A stretch of 64,000 nt of DNA from Eledone cirrhosa. Taxonomy: Eukaryota. The stretch spans positions 21,452,001 through 21,516,000 of the forward strand of contig OZ024755.1 of the NCBI GenBank assembly GCA_964016885.1, in the 5' to 3' direction. Below are positions 53,163 through 64,000 of the stretch, piece by piece (the stretch's first letter is position 1; each line of letters starts with the position of its first letter). The notes beneath the pieces were generated by a model that was not told the DNA's origin, did no database searches, and was given only the letters and a program-made list of their open reading frames with translations. Made by a program: the position numbers and the translations under genes.

Positions 53163-55985
53163 TTAATAATAATGAAATTATTGTGTAAAGTGCTCAGGTG
53201 CACTACAACTCGTCAATATAGTACAAAGAATAATACACAAATGTCAGGGAAGTACATGTGTGTATGTGTTAGCTGTTCTGTTGGCGGATCTCGGGAAGCA
53301 TGGAGGCCTTAAAGGATGCAGTGTCTCGACAGCTAACAACTGATGCAGGTAGTTTGTTCCATGCTTCAGCAACTCTGAGCGTGAAAAATGTTTCCGAAAG
53401 TCATGGGAACTGTGCTGTTTTCTTACTTTGTGGGCATGTCCACGTGTTAGACACATGGAAATCGAAAAGGTACTCAGGGTTGTTGTTGGCAACATGGTTA
53501 ACAATGTTGTGGGTGTTTACCAAGTCAGTTGCCAGGCATTGGAGCTTCAATGAATCCATGCCCAGGGAAGCAAGGCGCTCAGAGTATGGTAGATGCCTGA
53601 TGGAGGGTATTCGCTTGGTTGCACGTTTCCAGGCGGTCAATGTCCTGAGCAAGATAGGGGTTCCAGACTGGTGATGCAAATTCTAAGTGTGGTCGCACCA
53701 TAGCTGTATACAGCCTTAAATAGATATCTGGAGAGCGGCTGACAAAGGTCTTGCTGAGTGATGCTAAGACACCCTCGGCCCTCTTGACAATTTTAGAGAC
53801 GTGTCTCGTCCAACGCAAATCGCTGCTGACCGTAATGCCCAGGTCACGTTCACAGGAAGACTTCTTGATATTAGTGCTGTGGAGGGAGTATGTGGACACT
53901 GGGTTTTTACTCCCAAAATGCATGGTGGTGCACTTGTCCACAGCTAGCTTGAGTTGCCAATCTGAGATCCATTGTTGCATTGTGTCCAGGTCAGACTGCA
54001 AGCAAGATCTATAGTGTTCAGAATCTGTCCTTTTTATCTCAAGGTACAGCTTGATGTCGTCTGCGTACTTTAGTACTGTGGCATTCCTTAAGTTGGCATC
54101 TATGTCATTAATATATGCCACAAACAAAAGGGGGCCAAGAACAGATCCCTGTGGTACACCAGATGACATCTCATATGGTGAGGAATGCTGTCCCAGAACC
54201 GTGACTACCTCTCTTCGACTGAGAATGAAGGACTTCAACCAGTTAAAAAGATCATCCTTCACACCCATTGCAGAGAGTTTTGCCATAAGTCTTTTGTGTG
54301 GCACAGAATTGAAGGCCTTCGCAAAGTCAAGGTAAACAACATCCACCCATGAGCCGCCATCAGTGATCCGGGTGATGTCCTCAAGAAACTCTATAAGTTG
54401 ATCACAGCAGCTGGAGTTGGGGATAAATCCAAATTGCGAGGGCCGGATAAGACTGTGAGAGCTCCAGAAGTTCCAAAATGTTTCTCTGACACAGGATTCC
54501 ATCAGTTTGGCGATGCAACTAGTAAGACTGACTGGACGATAGTTCACAGGTGATGTGCGGTCACCCTTTTTGAACAGAGGAATGACACTGGCAGTTTTCC
54601 ACTATTCTGGAGTAGCACTGTTGTTCAGACAGAATTGGAAGAAGCGTGATAACTGGTGTAGAAGGAAGTACCCACCACGTTTAAGAAGCAGGTACGTAAC
54701 ACCATCAAGACCAGGAGAGGCATGGTTGCATTTATTTTTTAGGTGACGTCGCAGCATTGCAGGTGTAAATTCCATGGTTGTTATAGAGTCCGGTGTCATA
54801 GGTGGTGGAGATCGTACACTCTGGTCTTCAATAGTGAAAATGCCTGCATAGCATTCAGCAATGAACTCTGCGCATTCCTTGGGGTCGTCAGTAACCTGGA
54901 GAGTGAGGCCTCTGCTTTGAGTGAACATACTTCCAGAACACCTTACTGTCAGGGCTGGTTGCTATGCACTGCTCAAATTGAAGCACTGCCTTTTTTGTCA
55001 CCTGTTTGAGGTGGTTGTACGATCTATTTCGCCTCTTCCTATTAATGTCTGATTTGTGAAGTTTGTACTCACGTTCAGCATTGCACCGTTCTTTTCTGGC
55101 AAGACGGACTGCTGCAGTCTCCCAAATTGCGTTTTTGGGATGTTTTTTCCGCTTACGTGGCACCGATGCCGCACATGCTGTCCATATTGAGTTCAGGATG
55201 TTCTGGAGTACAGTGTTGACATCTCCAGAATCGTAGAACTCAAGCCAGTTTGGCCGTTGCAACTCGGTGTAGTAACAGTTCCAGTCTGCTTTATTCCAGT
55301 CAAAGTGAGCAGTTTGGAGATGGTTGTGGTTCTTGTTATTGGCAATGATCAGAGTCACCTAAAGGTTCCTCAGCAGTAACACTAATGACCGTTTCAGGAG
55401 TAGTGGTGTAGAGTAGTTCCAAAGTGTTGTCACCTCACGTTGGGGAGGTGACCACCTGGGACCAACTCGAGTCCAGCACCAGCTCAAGGAAGCCATTTGC
55501 ACTTGACGGCCAACGAAAGGTCTCCCAGTCAATCTCAGGGTGATTGAAGTCACCTGCAATGAAAACATAAGTGGCTGTCTTCCTGGCAGCAGCTCTGAGG
55601 ATATCACAAAGTTGAGTGTCCTGATGGTAATTTGGGGGACGGTAAACGACTCCAAGTAGCAGTGTTGACATGGTCATACATATATTGCAGAAAAAAACTT
55701 CCTGCTGTGATTGGTTCAAATCAGCACAAGGAATTGCCGACAGATTTGACCGAACGTAGACCATTACACCACCACCACGACGATTAATACGGTCTTTACG
55801 AAACAGGTTGTAGCCAGTCATGCTGAAAACCCCATCACAGAGTAAGGGATGTGCCCAAGTTTCCATGACTGTAATGAAGTCCGGGTTGATACTTTTGACG
55901 TAGGAGTCAAAAAGATGAATCTTATTGCATAGACTACGTGCATTCAAGGACAACAATTTGTACTTTGATTCCAGTCTATGATTAT
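53163..55985 (-). mobile_element. CR1-like LINE, near-complete ORF2 (APE and RT), frameshifted; same family as 1-1470
   Basis: LSLNARSL, ETW, VVYRPP, GDFN (APE); QFGF, LDFAKAF, PQGSVLGP, YADD (RT); (TAT)n tail at 53163. Confidence 0.94.
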
Positions 55986-56389
55986 GTGCAGGGGATGGCA
56001 GGTTGTTCTGATTTAGTTTCCCAGAGTTTTTTCAGTTTACTATGTATTCAATAAAAGATCTACAGAATGATGTTCAAAGAGAGAAATTTGAGTTATATTT
56101 CTTAGAAAGTATGTATATAGTGTCAAGATGACTTAGTTTAGTTTCTTAGAAGAGGTAACACTATTTGTATGTGTAGTTTTTTTAAAATAAAGCATGTGTC
56201 GAGTGGGTGAAGATGTTCCAGAAAGCCACAAAATACCTCTTCACGTGAACACAATATCCAAAGTGTGAGTTATTGACATAAAGTGTGTATTTAATAAAAT
56301 GTAAGATAGTTCGAGTGTAGAGCAAAGAAAACATAACATACATGAGGAAAGTAATATCCAAAATGAATTTTTTTCAAAGAACCGGAAGT

Positions 56390-56815
56390 CAATAAAAAAA
56401 GAGAAGAGTTCCATAAAGAGGAGGTAACTCTAAATAAAGGAAGAGCAAAAATGATTGCTTGAGCGGTCCAGTATATAGCTCCGGCTGTGTGCCCTCGATT
56501 CGATCTTCCGACACATAGAATGGCCACACCGTACATAAATAGGCGATGAAATCCGAACCGCTAGAGTGTCGCCACGCGGCGCTGCAATAATTTCCAGTAA
56601 ATTAGTCATACGTATAGCTAAAATTTTGTTTGTTTGTTTTTTTAAAATATAGAAGCGGAAAGAAAGCTAGATAACACGCCTCAAAATATGTTCCGTGTGT
56701 TAGATAACACGCCTCAAAATATATTCCGTGTGTTACCTTACCCTCATTCCGTTTCTATATATAAATTAATTTAAAAACTACTAGTATTTAGTAGATATAT
56801 GCCGAACAATTAATA
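56390..56815 (-). repeat. Right arm of the long diverged inverted repeat
   Basis: cgattcga.ctt..ga.acatag.atgg, tccga.ccg, tcgccacgc, agataacacg and ctcattccgtttctatatat match the reverse complement of 48830-49255. Confidence 0.75.
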
Positions 56816-56894
56816 TGTAAGTTAATATACATGTTTCTGTAAACTAAAATATTAGTATGTATATATATATAAAGTTTGTTCTAAGTTTATAATC

Positions 56895-57276
56895 AGGTTT
56901 CCTTGTCAAGTGTCTCCCCACACCGCGGTTTCCATCGACTTCTAGTGCTCTGCACCTTTTTATACAGCTTTCATACGCATCATATGTCCATACCAACGCA
57001 ACCTCCTCTCCTGCACACAGCATTTGATTCTTCTTATACTCAGTCCCTCTCAATTCATTTATGCTTTGTCGTTCGCGTATATTACTATTACACATCCATT
57101 TGAGCATGCAGGCTTCGTTTCTCTCTAATCTACGTAAGTCTTCCACCTTCAGCGCCCAGGTCTCATTACCATGCAACATCGCTGTTCGGATACACGCATC
57201 ATATAAATATATATATCAAATGAATAGCCTGAAATATAAGAATTCCGAAGGGTTGACCATGTTTTAGTCTCGAGTC

Positions 57277-57323
<47 letters not shown>

Positions 57324-57640
57324 AGGGACTCGAGACTAAAACATGGTCAACCATTTGGAATCCTTATATTTCTCGAAATTAGGAATAAGAGGAATCAGAT
57401 GTTGTTTACTCGAGAGAAGACTACGTTGGTATGGTCACGTGATGCACATGAAAGACGACAGCTGTATAAAAATGTGCAGGGCGATAAAAATAGACGGTAG
57501 CCACGGAGTAGGCAGACCCAGAAAAACCTGGGACGACTTGATTAATTCCGACCTCACACACTTACACCTCTCCAAGACAATGTCACTGGACCGAGATCTT
57601 TGGCGCTACACAGTAATACAGAAGACCCGCCTTGCCTAAG
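56895..57640. mobile_element. Two diverging RTE LINE 3' fragments (56895-57205 minus, 57375-57640 plus) around a 50-bp foldback with a (TA)n centre (57231-57372)
   Basis: MLHGNETW...LERNEA and ERRLRWYGHV...GRPRKTW. Arms gaaatataag...cgagtccctt and aagggactcg...cttatatttc. Confidence 0.8.
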
Positions 57641-57714
57641 TACAAAGCGAAACCTACAGTCTGTAGGCACCTCTAACAAAAATACACCCCGTCCCACACC
57701 ACACCTTTCGATGT

Positions 57715-58005
57715 AAAGTTATGTTGGTACCACAACATCCAGTCCGAAATAAATGAGGTCGTGTAGGTGTCACGAAAAAAAAAACAACACAGTCCACGCT
57801 GTAATGTGGTCGTGTAGGTAACACGGTAAAAACCTCCCAGTACACACTGTAAACGTGGTTGGTGTTAGGAAGGGCATCCAGCCGTAGAAACCCGCCAGAC
57901 AGTCCTATACGAGCAAGACAACCAATCTTGCCTCAAGTGGGAAAATTCCCGTCCAAACCCATGCAAGCGTGGAAGATGGACGTTAAACGATGATGATGAT
58001 GGTGA
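57715..58005 (+). mobile_element. RTE-tailed SINE-like element, homologue of 15321-15605
   Basis: gttatgttggtaccacaacatccagtcc...ggacgttaaacgatgatgatg. Confidence 0.8.
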
Positions 58006-61000
58006 TTATAAATTCGGCGGGTAGGAAAAGCGAAACGAACCGCAAAATCAGTTATGCTGGCAAGCGCTCCATAGTTAAAAAACCCAGAGCTAAACAATGT
58101 TAAAACGCCATACAAACTGAAAAAGTGGTCAAGAAGGCATTAACCACCAAAAAAAACAAGTCAAGCTAAACAGGTCAAACAAAATAAATGATAAAATCAT
58201 ATGTATATAGTCCAGAAATAACTGTCGGGGTTAAACATTTTCCTATATATATATATATAGTAATAATAATAAATTTGAAGACTAAAATCCAAAGAGGTCT
58301 CGATAAGGATAAATATATATCAAATATATAAGAACCGTAGAGCAAATAGTTATTAAATATATATAGAATGTATATATATTTATAATATATATCGACCGTT
58401 ACGACTATACAGATGCTGTGCTGAAGAGGACCCGTCCCACACTTGCAAGCACTGATAAGCAATGATGTCCTCATCTTCCCACCGGCCATCCACTCCACCA
58501 TCAGGTCTAGGCTCCAGCAGCTCACGAGCAGACTGGGCATGATTGACGCCCATCCATCTTCCTGTTGAGGAACTGCTTTACCATGCTGAAGCTCCTCTAC
58601 ACACTTCGTAGTGCTCCTTGCTATATTTACGCATCTCTCCTTGCTGACCTTGACACTTGTATCTGAGTGGCAGCTGAGGAGATATCCAACATCAAGTTTT
58701 ACAACCTTGGATAGCAACACCCCATCTTAAAAATGTCGCTTTCCATCACTACAGTGCCGGTCGCCTGCCACGCCATGCTGCTCTCAAACGAGGTCATCAA
58801 GCATCGCTTGGATGCTGCAGGCTTTCCCTCCTAGCTTGAGCTGGCAAAAGGCCATACGCCATCCCCATCTTCCTGTTCTTTGGTGGTAAACCTCTTGTCT
58901 GGTGCATTTCAAGCTGAGGAGGGTAAACTCTCCAAATATCGGTCACTCTCCGACAGGTTTGCAGTTGAGCACTTGCTAGCCGCATGTGTGAGCCTCCCGA
59001 GATGGAATGGCTCTTCCAGCGCATCTCCCTTACCATCCTCCAGGGAAACTCTTTCTCTATTCTGTCCACGGGATGGCTAGCACGTGGGACCCGGTTTGCT
59101 CATAATAGTGAGAGATGGGGAAGGCGATGACAGTGGGTGTTTGGTTCCTCTGTGTTCGGACCTGGTGTACATGTGTGTGTAATTTTACACTTATTTTCGG
59201 TTTTTATAGGTGTGGATACGTTCATGTTGAAAAATTCTATGCACATGCGTACTGACGTTTAATTTTGTGCGCATGCGCGATTGTTGTAAATATTTCATAA
59301 AAAAATAGCTGCTTAAATTTTAGGCGTATTTTCCAACCTGTAGAAAAAATAAACGTTAAAAACTTGGATTTTTACCATTTTTACGAAGGTAAAGTAAATC
59401 TTTATTTTATATTGAAGCCTTTTATTGAAATATTGTATATTTATTTCCCTCCATAATGTCACCAATAACTAATTAAACGATAGTTTTGTTTAGCTCTTGC
59501 TACCCCTCCTCACGTATATACAGGGCGACCACAAAAACACTCCTCGATTTCAAATACTTATAATATGAAAACTTAAATGAATATTCTTACAATATTGGTG
59601 GCTACAGTTGCATAAACTAACAAAGTTTCATGTGGTGTTGGTTGATATCACATGTGGTAGTGGTTGATATCACAGACACTCGATGTCTGCTCCTTTTGTT
59701 GGTCGGCAAAAATCAATGCAATAATTGTTTCTACTCTTGGCACAAGGACAGCAATTATCCCTTTATTTTATCGACTCCGTAAGGATGAAAGGCAAAGCTA
59801 ACTCCGGACTCTTTGCAGTGAGTGTTTTTGTGATTACCCTGCATATATATACATACATATACGTGATGTCCCAGAAAAATGTATACATACTTTCATTACC
59901 TGTACAGGCAATATTTATTATAATGCACAGCATTTTCCCCAAATATAATGATCTACAGACGTAATTCAATTGTATGTCTTTCTCTGATCGATCAACAAGA
60001 GCCCGGACCTCATTCGCTTGTCGAGTGGGGTGGAGCTCGTCAAATTGGACCGAGGAAACAATGTTTCCATTGGTCTTTCTATTGCTGATATTATCTACCG
60101 ATCGCAACTCCTGTATATATTATAGTACAGTTTATATATACGTTATAATAGTGTATATATATATATATACATACATTATAGTAGAGTGTATATATACATT
60201 ATAACACAGTACTTATATATATATATATATATATATCGTTCACACTTTTGTTGAGAGGTTTCAGGTCTCTGTCGATTATCTGGCGCCAGATCATCTTGTG
60301 AGGTCCTCTTCGTTTCTTTCCATGGGGGTGGGTACTAATACAGGACCTGATTAACATGTCTTTCACTTGGAAGTCATGTGAGATAGATTGACGGACAGGC
60401 AGGCCTACAGATAGATTAGACTTAGAAACTCCCTCATCTTGAGACACATGAGGCAACCAAAGTGCTCCAGCGACCACCATGGTCAATTACATCTATCAAT
60501 ACATCGTTCCAACTTCTGTTTTGTTGACGGGTTTCAGGTCCCTGTCGATTATCTGTTGCCAGTTCATCTTGGGACATCCTCTTCGTTTCTTTCCATATGA
60601 AGGGGTATCAATACAGAAGCTTTGGTTCGTCCTCTTCGTCTCTTTTCACAGGAGTGGGTGTCAATACAGGACCTGATGAATCGCATTTGGGGGGAGTCGT
60701 GTGAGATAGACAGGCAGACAGACAAATAGATATAGTTTCTTATTTAGACACTTCATCTACAATCTTGGGAAGCGGGGTACCAATACAGATTTACACGGAA
60801 CAGACCCTTTGGGTCTCTCTCTCTGCTTAACTTTTAAACATGCTTTCCAACCTGTAGAAAAAATAAACATTAAAATCTTGGATTTATACCATTTTTACGA
60901 AGGTAAAGTATATCTTTATTTTATTCCAACTAACTTTGTATTTTTATTTCCCTTTGGATTATCATGTCTCTAGTTTGGGAGTCGTGTGAGACAGATTAGA

Positions 61001-61187
61001 CTTAAAACTCCTACGTCGTGAGACATAATTAAACGATAGTTTTGTTTAGCTATTGCAACCCTTCTCCCGTGTTAATGTATTTCTAATATAATACAACACC
61101 TCCCTACATATTTCAGTATATATATATATATATATATAATAGAAAAAAACGAGCAAGTTTCGTTTACATATGAAAAATATTTATTAC

Positions 61188-61289
61188 ATATCGACCTGGT
61201 ACGCGTGTTTCACAGATGATTGGCTGAAGGTGACCATAGGAGTTATGGACCCAACTCCAGTATCGATCTGCTCGTCAGATTGGTGATAT
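61188..61289 (-). ncRNA. Hammerhead-like motif with extended stem II and decayed stem I
   Basis: Minus strand reads atatcacc-aat-CTGACGA-gcagat...atctgt-GAAA-cacgcg-TA-cca-ggtcgatat, then gtAATAAA. Confidence 0.5.
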
Positions 61290-62813
61290 TACAAAAGATA
61301 TATATACACTTTATTTCACGCTGCTCCTTGTCTAAATTTGCGACAGATAGTATTAGCAATTGAAAAGAGCAATGGAAACATTGTTTCCTCGGTTCGATTT
61401 GACGAGCTCTACCCCACTCGTTAAACGAATGAAGTATTGGATCTTGTCTATATATATATGCATGTGTTTGTGATGCACACAATTTAATGAAATAAAGTTT
61501 AACATAGATTTTTTTGTCTGGCACTAGTTCATCTTGGGACATCCTCTTCGTCTCTTCCCATAGGAGGGGGATACCAATACAGATTTAAAAAGTACAGACC
61601 CTTTAGGTCCTACTCTCTCTTTCGACCGAAGTTCTTTACATCAACAGAAATATAGTAAATACAACTTTAATAATACTTTTAGAAAGACATCTTAACAAAA
61701 AACGTCACACGATTCATCGATGTTCATTTCTTTCTTCATCGTGTATTTTCATATAACTTCGGTGTAAATTATATTTAATAAATTAGTAACATACCGGCTT
61801 TGTGATATCGTCATTTGTTTTATATATTTCATTTCCCGTGTGATCAAGGAACCAACATATCATCATGATAATGAACACGCATTTCATTTATTTTTGACAC
61901 TTTCAAAAACATACATTTCATCTTAATGAACACTGTTATTTACTTACACCCCGCAATCTCTGGTCACACTGTATATATATATATATATATTTCATTTCCT
62001 ACGTGATCATCATCATCATCTTAATTAACACTGATACTTACTTGCACACACGTACTCTCTGGCCACACTATATCAGGCACATCGAATTTCTCTAGCCTAC
62101 ACTCCCACAATAGTGACAACAACACTCAGCAATCTACAAGTGAGCACACACACAATAAATGAATGAACGCCACAACACAACCAACCATTCGATTCGCTAT
62201 ATATATATCAATAAAAATAATCCGAGGTCATATTCATTTGGTTTTTGTTTATGAAAATCCGTAACTTTACAACCGACAGATCATTATGTGGTCCTCACAC
62301 CGTTGTTTAATTGGCAACGTAAGTATTTAAATATATATCTTTATATTTATGTACATAATATGACAAACCTGGAAGAATTTGATGAAGTTTAACATTTTTT
62401 TTTATCGACAACGTATGTAAATGATTTTCATAGTTTTTCTTATTTCATTTTTCTTACAGATGTCCGGCCTGCTCTGTTGTTTGCCGTAACCACTGAGGGA
62501 AAGATTTTACAAGTGGAAGTTTCCTGAATAGTGATGAAGTGTCTGTTAATAAAAAAAATGTTTACATATTATTTACAAATTGTATGAAAAAAGATTTGGT
62601 TAATAAAAGAATCTTTGCAAATTATTTACGAGTTGTGATTAGTTACGAGAAAAAATATAAAAAATTCTACATATTGTATACGAGTTTGACAATGAAAATG
62701 AAAAAAATTAGCCTAATAAATGGCTTCTAATTACTTCTCTTTGTAAAAAGTAATGGAAGCAACTATTCAATATTTTTTTTAATTTCAATCACAGAGGGGG
62801 GCCCCCCCGTTAG

Positions 62814-62917
62814 TTTTTTTTTTTATTTCTCCACTTTAGAGGCATCAGTTCCTCGCTCCATGCCTTTAACCATGCATGAGTATCTGATGCCTCTAAAGTG
62901 GAGAAATAAAAAAAAAA
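62814..62917. other. Perfect ~34-bp-stem hairpin
   Basis: (t)n-atttctccactttagaggcatcag, a 35-nt loop, then ctgatgcctctaaagtggagaaat-(a)n. Confidence 0.9.
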
Positions 62918-63251
62918 CAAAATGGCGTCCCGTTTCATATAGGTTTTTTTTTCGACATTTTCAAAGACATTCTTAGTTTCTTTTCGTACGTCTTACTCAG
63001 TTTCTCGTGGACTTGATTTCTTTATTCATTTTTGTTAAAGTAAAATGAACACAATTCGTATATAATATGTAAACTTTCTTTATTCATTTTTGTCAAAATA
63101 AAATAAAATGAAAACTTTCTTGATACGGCAGACAGCACAGGATATGAACTTGAAGGCTGGACATCTGTAAAAAGAAATGAACATACGTTATCAATAAAAA
63201 GAATATTAAACTTGATAAAATTCATCCAATTTTGTCTTTTATTATATATAC

Positions 63252-63506
63252 ATTCTTAGTTTCCTCTATTTAAATGTATATATAATAGTTTCTACTTTTG
63301 GCACAAGGCCAGCAATTATCCAGTACATTATTTTATCGACCCCGTAAGGATGAAAGGCAAAGTTAATCTCGACGGGATTTGAACTTTGCCTTTCACCCTT
63401 ACGGGGTCGATAAAATAAAGTACCAGTAATCTACTGGGTAATTTGCTGGCCTTGTGCCAAATGTAGAAACAATTATATATACATTTAATTAGAGGAAACT
63501 AAGAAT
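63252..63506. repeat. ~255-bp foldback made of a SINE family A 3' half plus flanking DNA
   Basis: attcttagtttcctcta...ggatgaaaggcaaagtt is mirrored by aactttgcctttcacc...tagaggaaactaagaat. Confidence 0.85.
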
Positions 63507-63509
63507 ATT

Positions 63510-64000
63510 AATGAAGTGTTGAAAAGGAACAAAGAAAGTAAATGAAGAAACTAAGAATGTAAATGGTTCTATGTTACGTGGGTTAATGTGATATCGATCT
63601 AGGTAACACTAACTAACAGTTAACTGTTGAAAAGGAACAAAGAATCGTAAGGACAAACTAAGAATGTAAATGGTTCTATGTTACGTGGGTTAATGTGTTA
63701 TCGATCTAGGTAACACTAACAGTTAACTGTTGAAAAGGAACAAAGAATCGTAAGAAGAAACTAAGAATGTAAAGGTTCTATGTTACGTGGATTAATGTGA
63801 TATCGATCTAGGTAACACTAACAGTTAACTGTTGAAAAGGAACAAAGAATCGTAAGGAGAAACTAAGAATGTAAATGGTTCTATGTTACGTGGGTTAATG
63901 TGATATCGATCTAGGTAACACTAACTAACAGTTAACTGTTGAAAAGGAACAAAGAATCGTAAGGACAAACTAAGAATGTAAATGGTTCTATGTTACGTGG
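63510..64000 (+). repeat. 103-107-bp satellite array running off the window; homologous to 51885-52778
   Basis: ctaagaatgt at 63551, 63658 and 63761. Confidence 0.92.

Noticed and set aside
1-55985. The two inverted CR1 copies as ends of one giant element
   Set aside because: LINEs insert independently, and each copy has its own tail and separate mutations.

Overview
Repeat-rich, AT-rich eukaryotic genomic DNA, most likely from an octopus or other coleoid cephalopod (inferred from the SINE, RTE and microsatellite content). Two spliced genes can be reconstructed by hand, arranged head-to-head about 9.2 kb apart. One is a two-exon Nodal-type TGF-beta ligand on the minus strand (8216-7874 + 4796-3880, 419 aa). 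The other is a four-exon, membrane-anchored JmjC/cupin-type dioxygenase-like gene on the plus strand (17456-18189, 20374-20509, 23823-23955, 41344-41429, 362 aa); the ORF track shows only exon 1 in the correct frame. The rest is transposon-derived: CR1-like, RTE-like, L1/Tx1-like and Penelope-like retroelements, two tRNA-derived SINE families, hAT and piggyBac MITEs, and Helentron-like elements, plus many satellites and foldbacks. The most notable unexplained structures are three minus-strand hammerhead-ribozyme motifs (one apparently intact, downstream of a Penelope GIY-YIG relic) and a modular satellite-bearing element family at 47-64 kb. That family includes about 400-bp diverged inverted repeats, hairpins and differentially amplified 40-bp and 87-107-bp arrays. 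Most long ORFs in the track are microsatellite artefacts.
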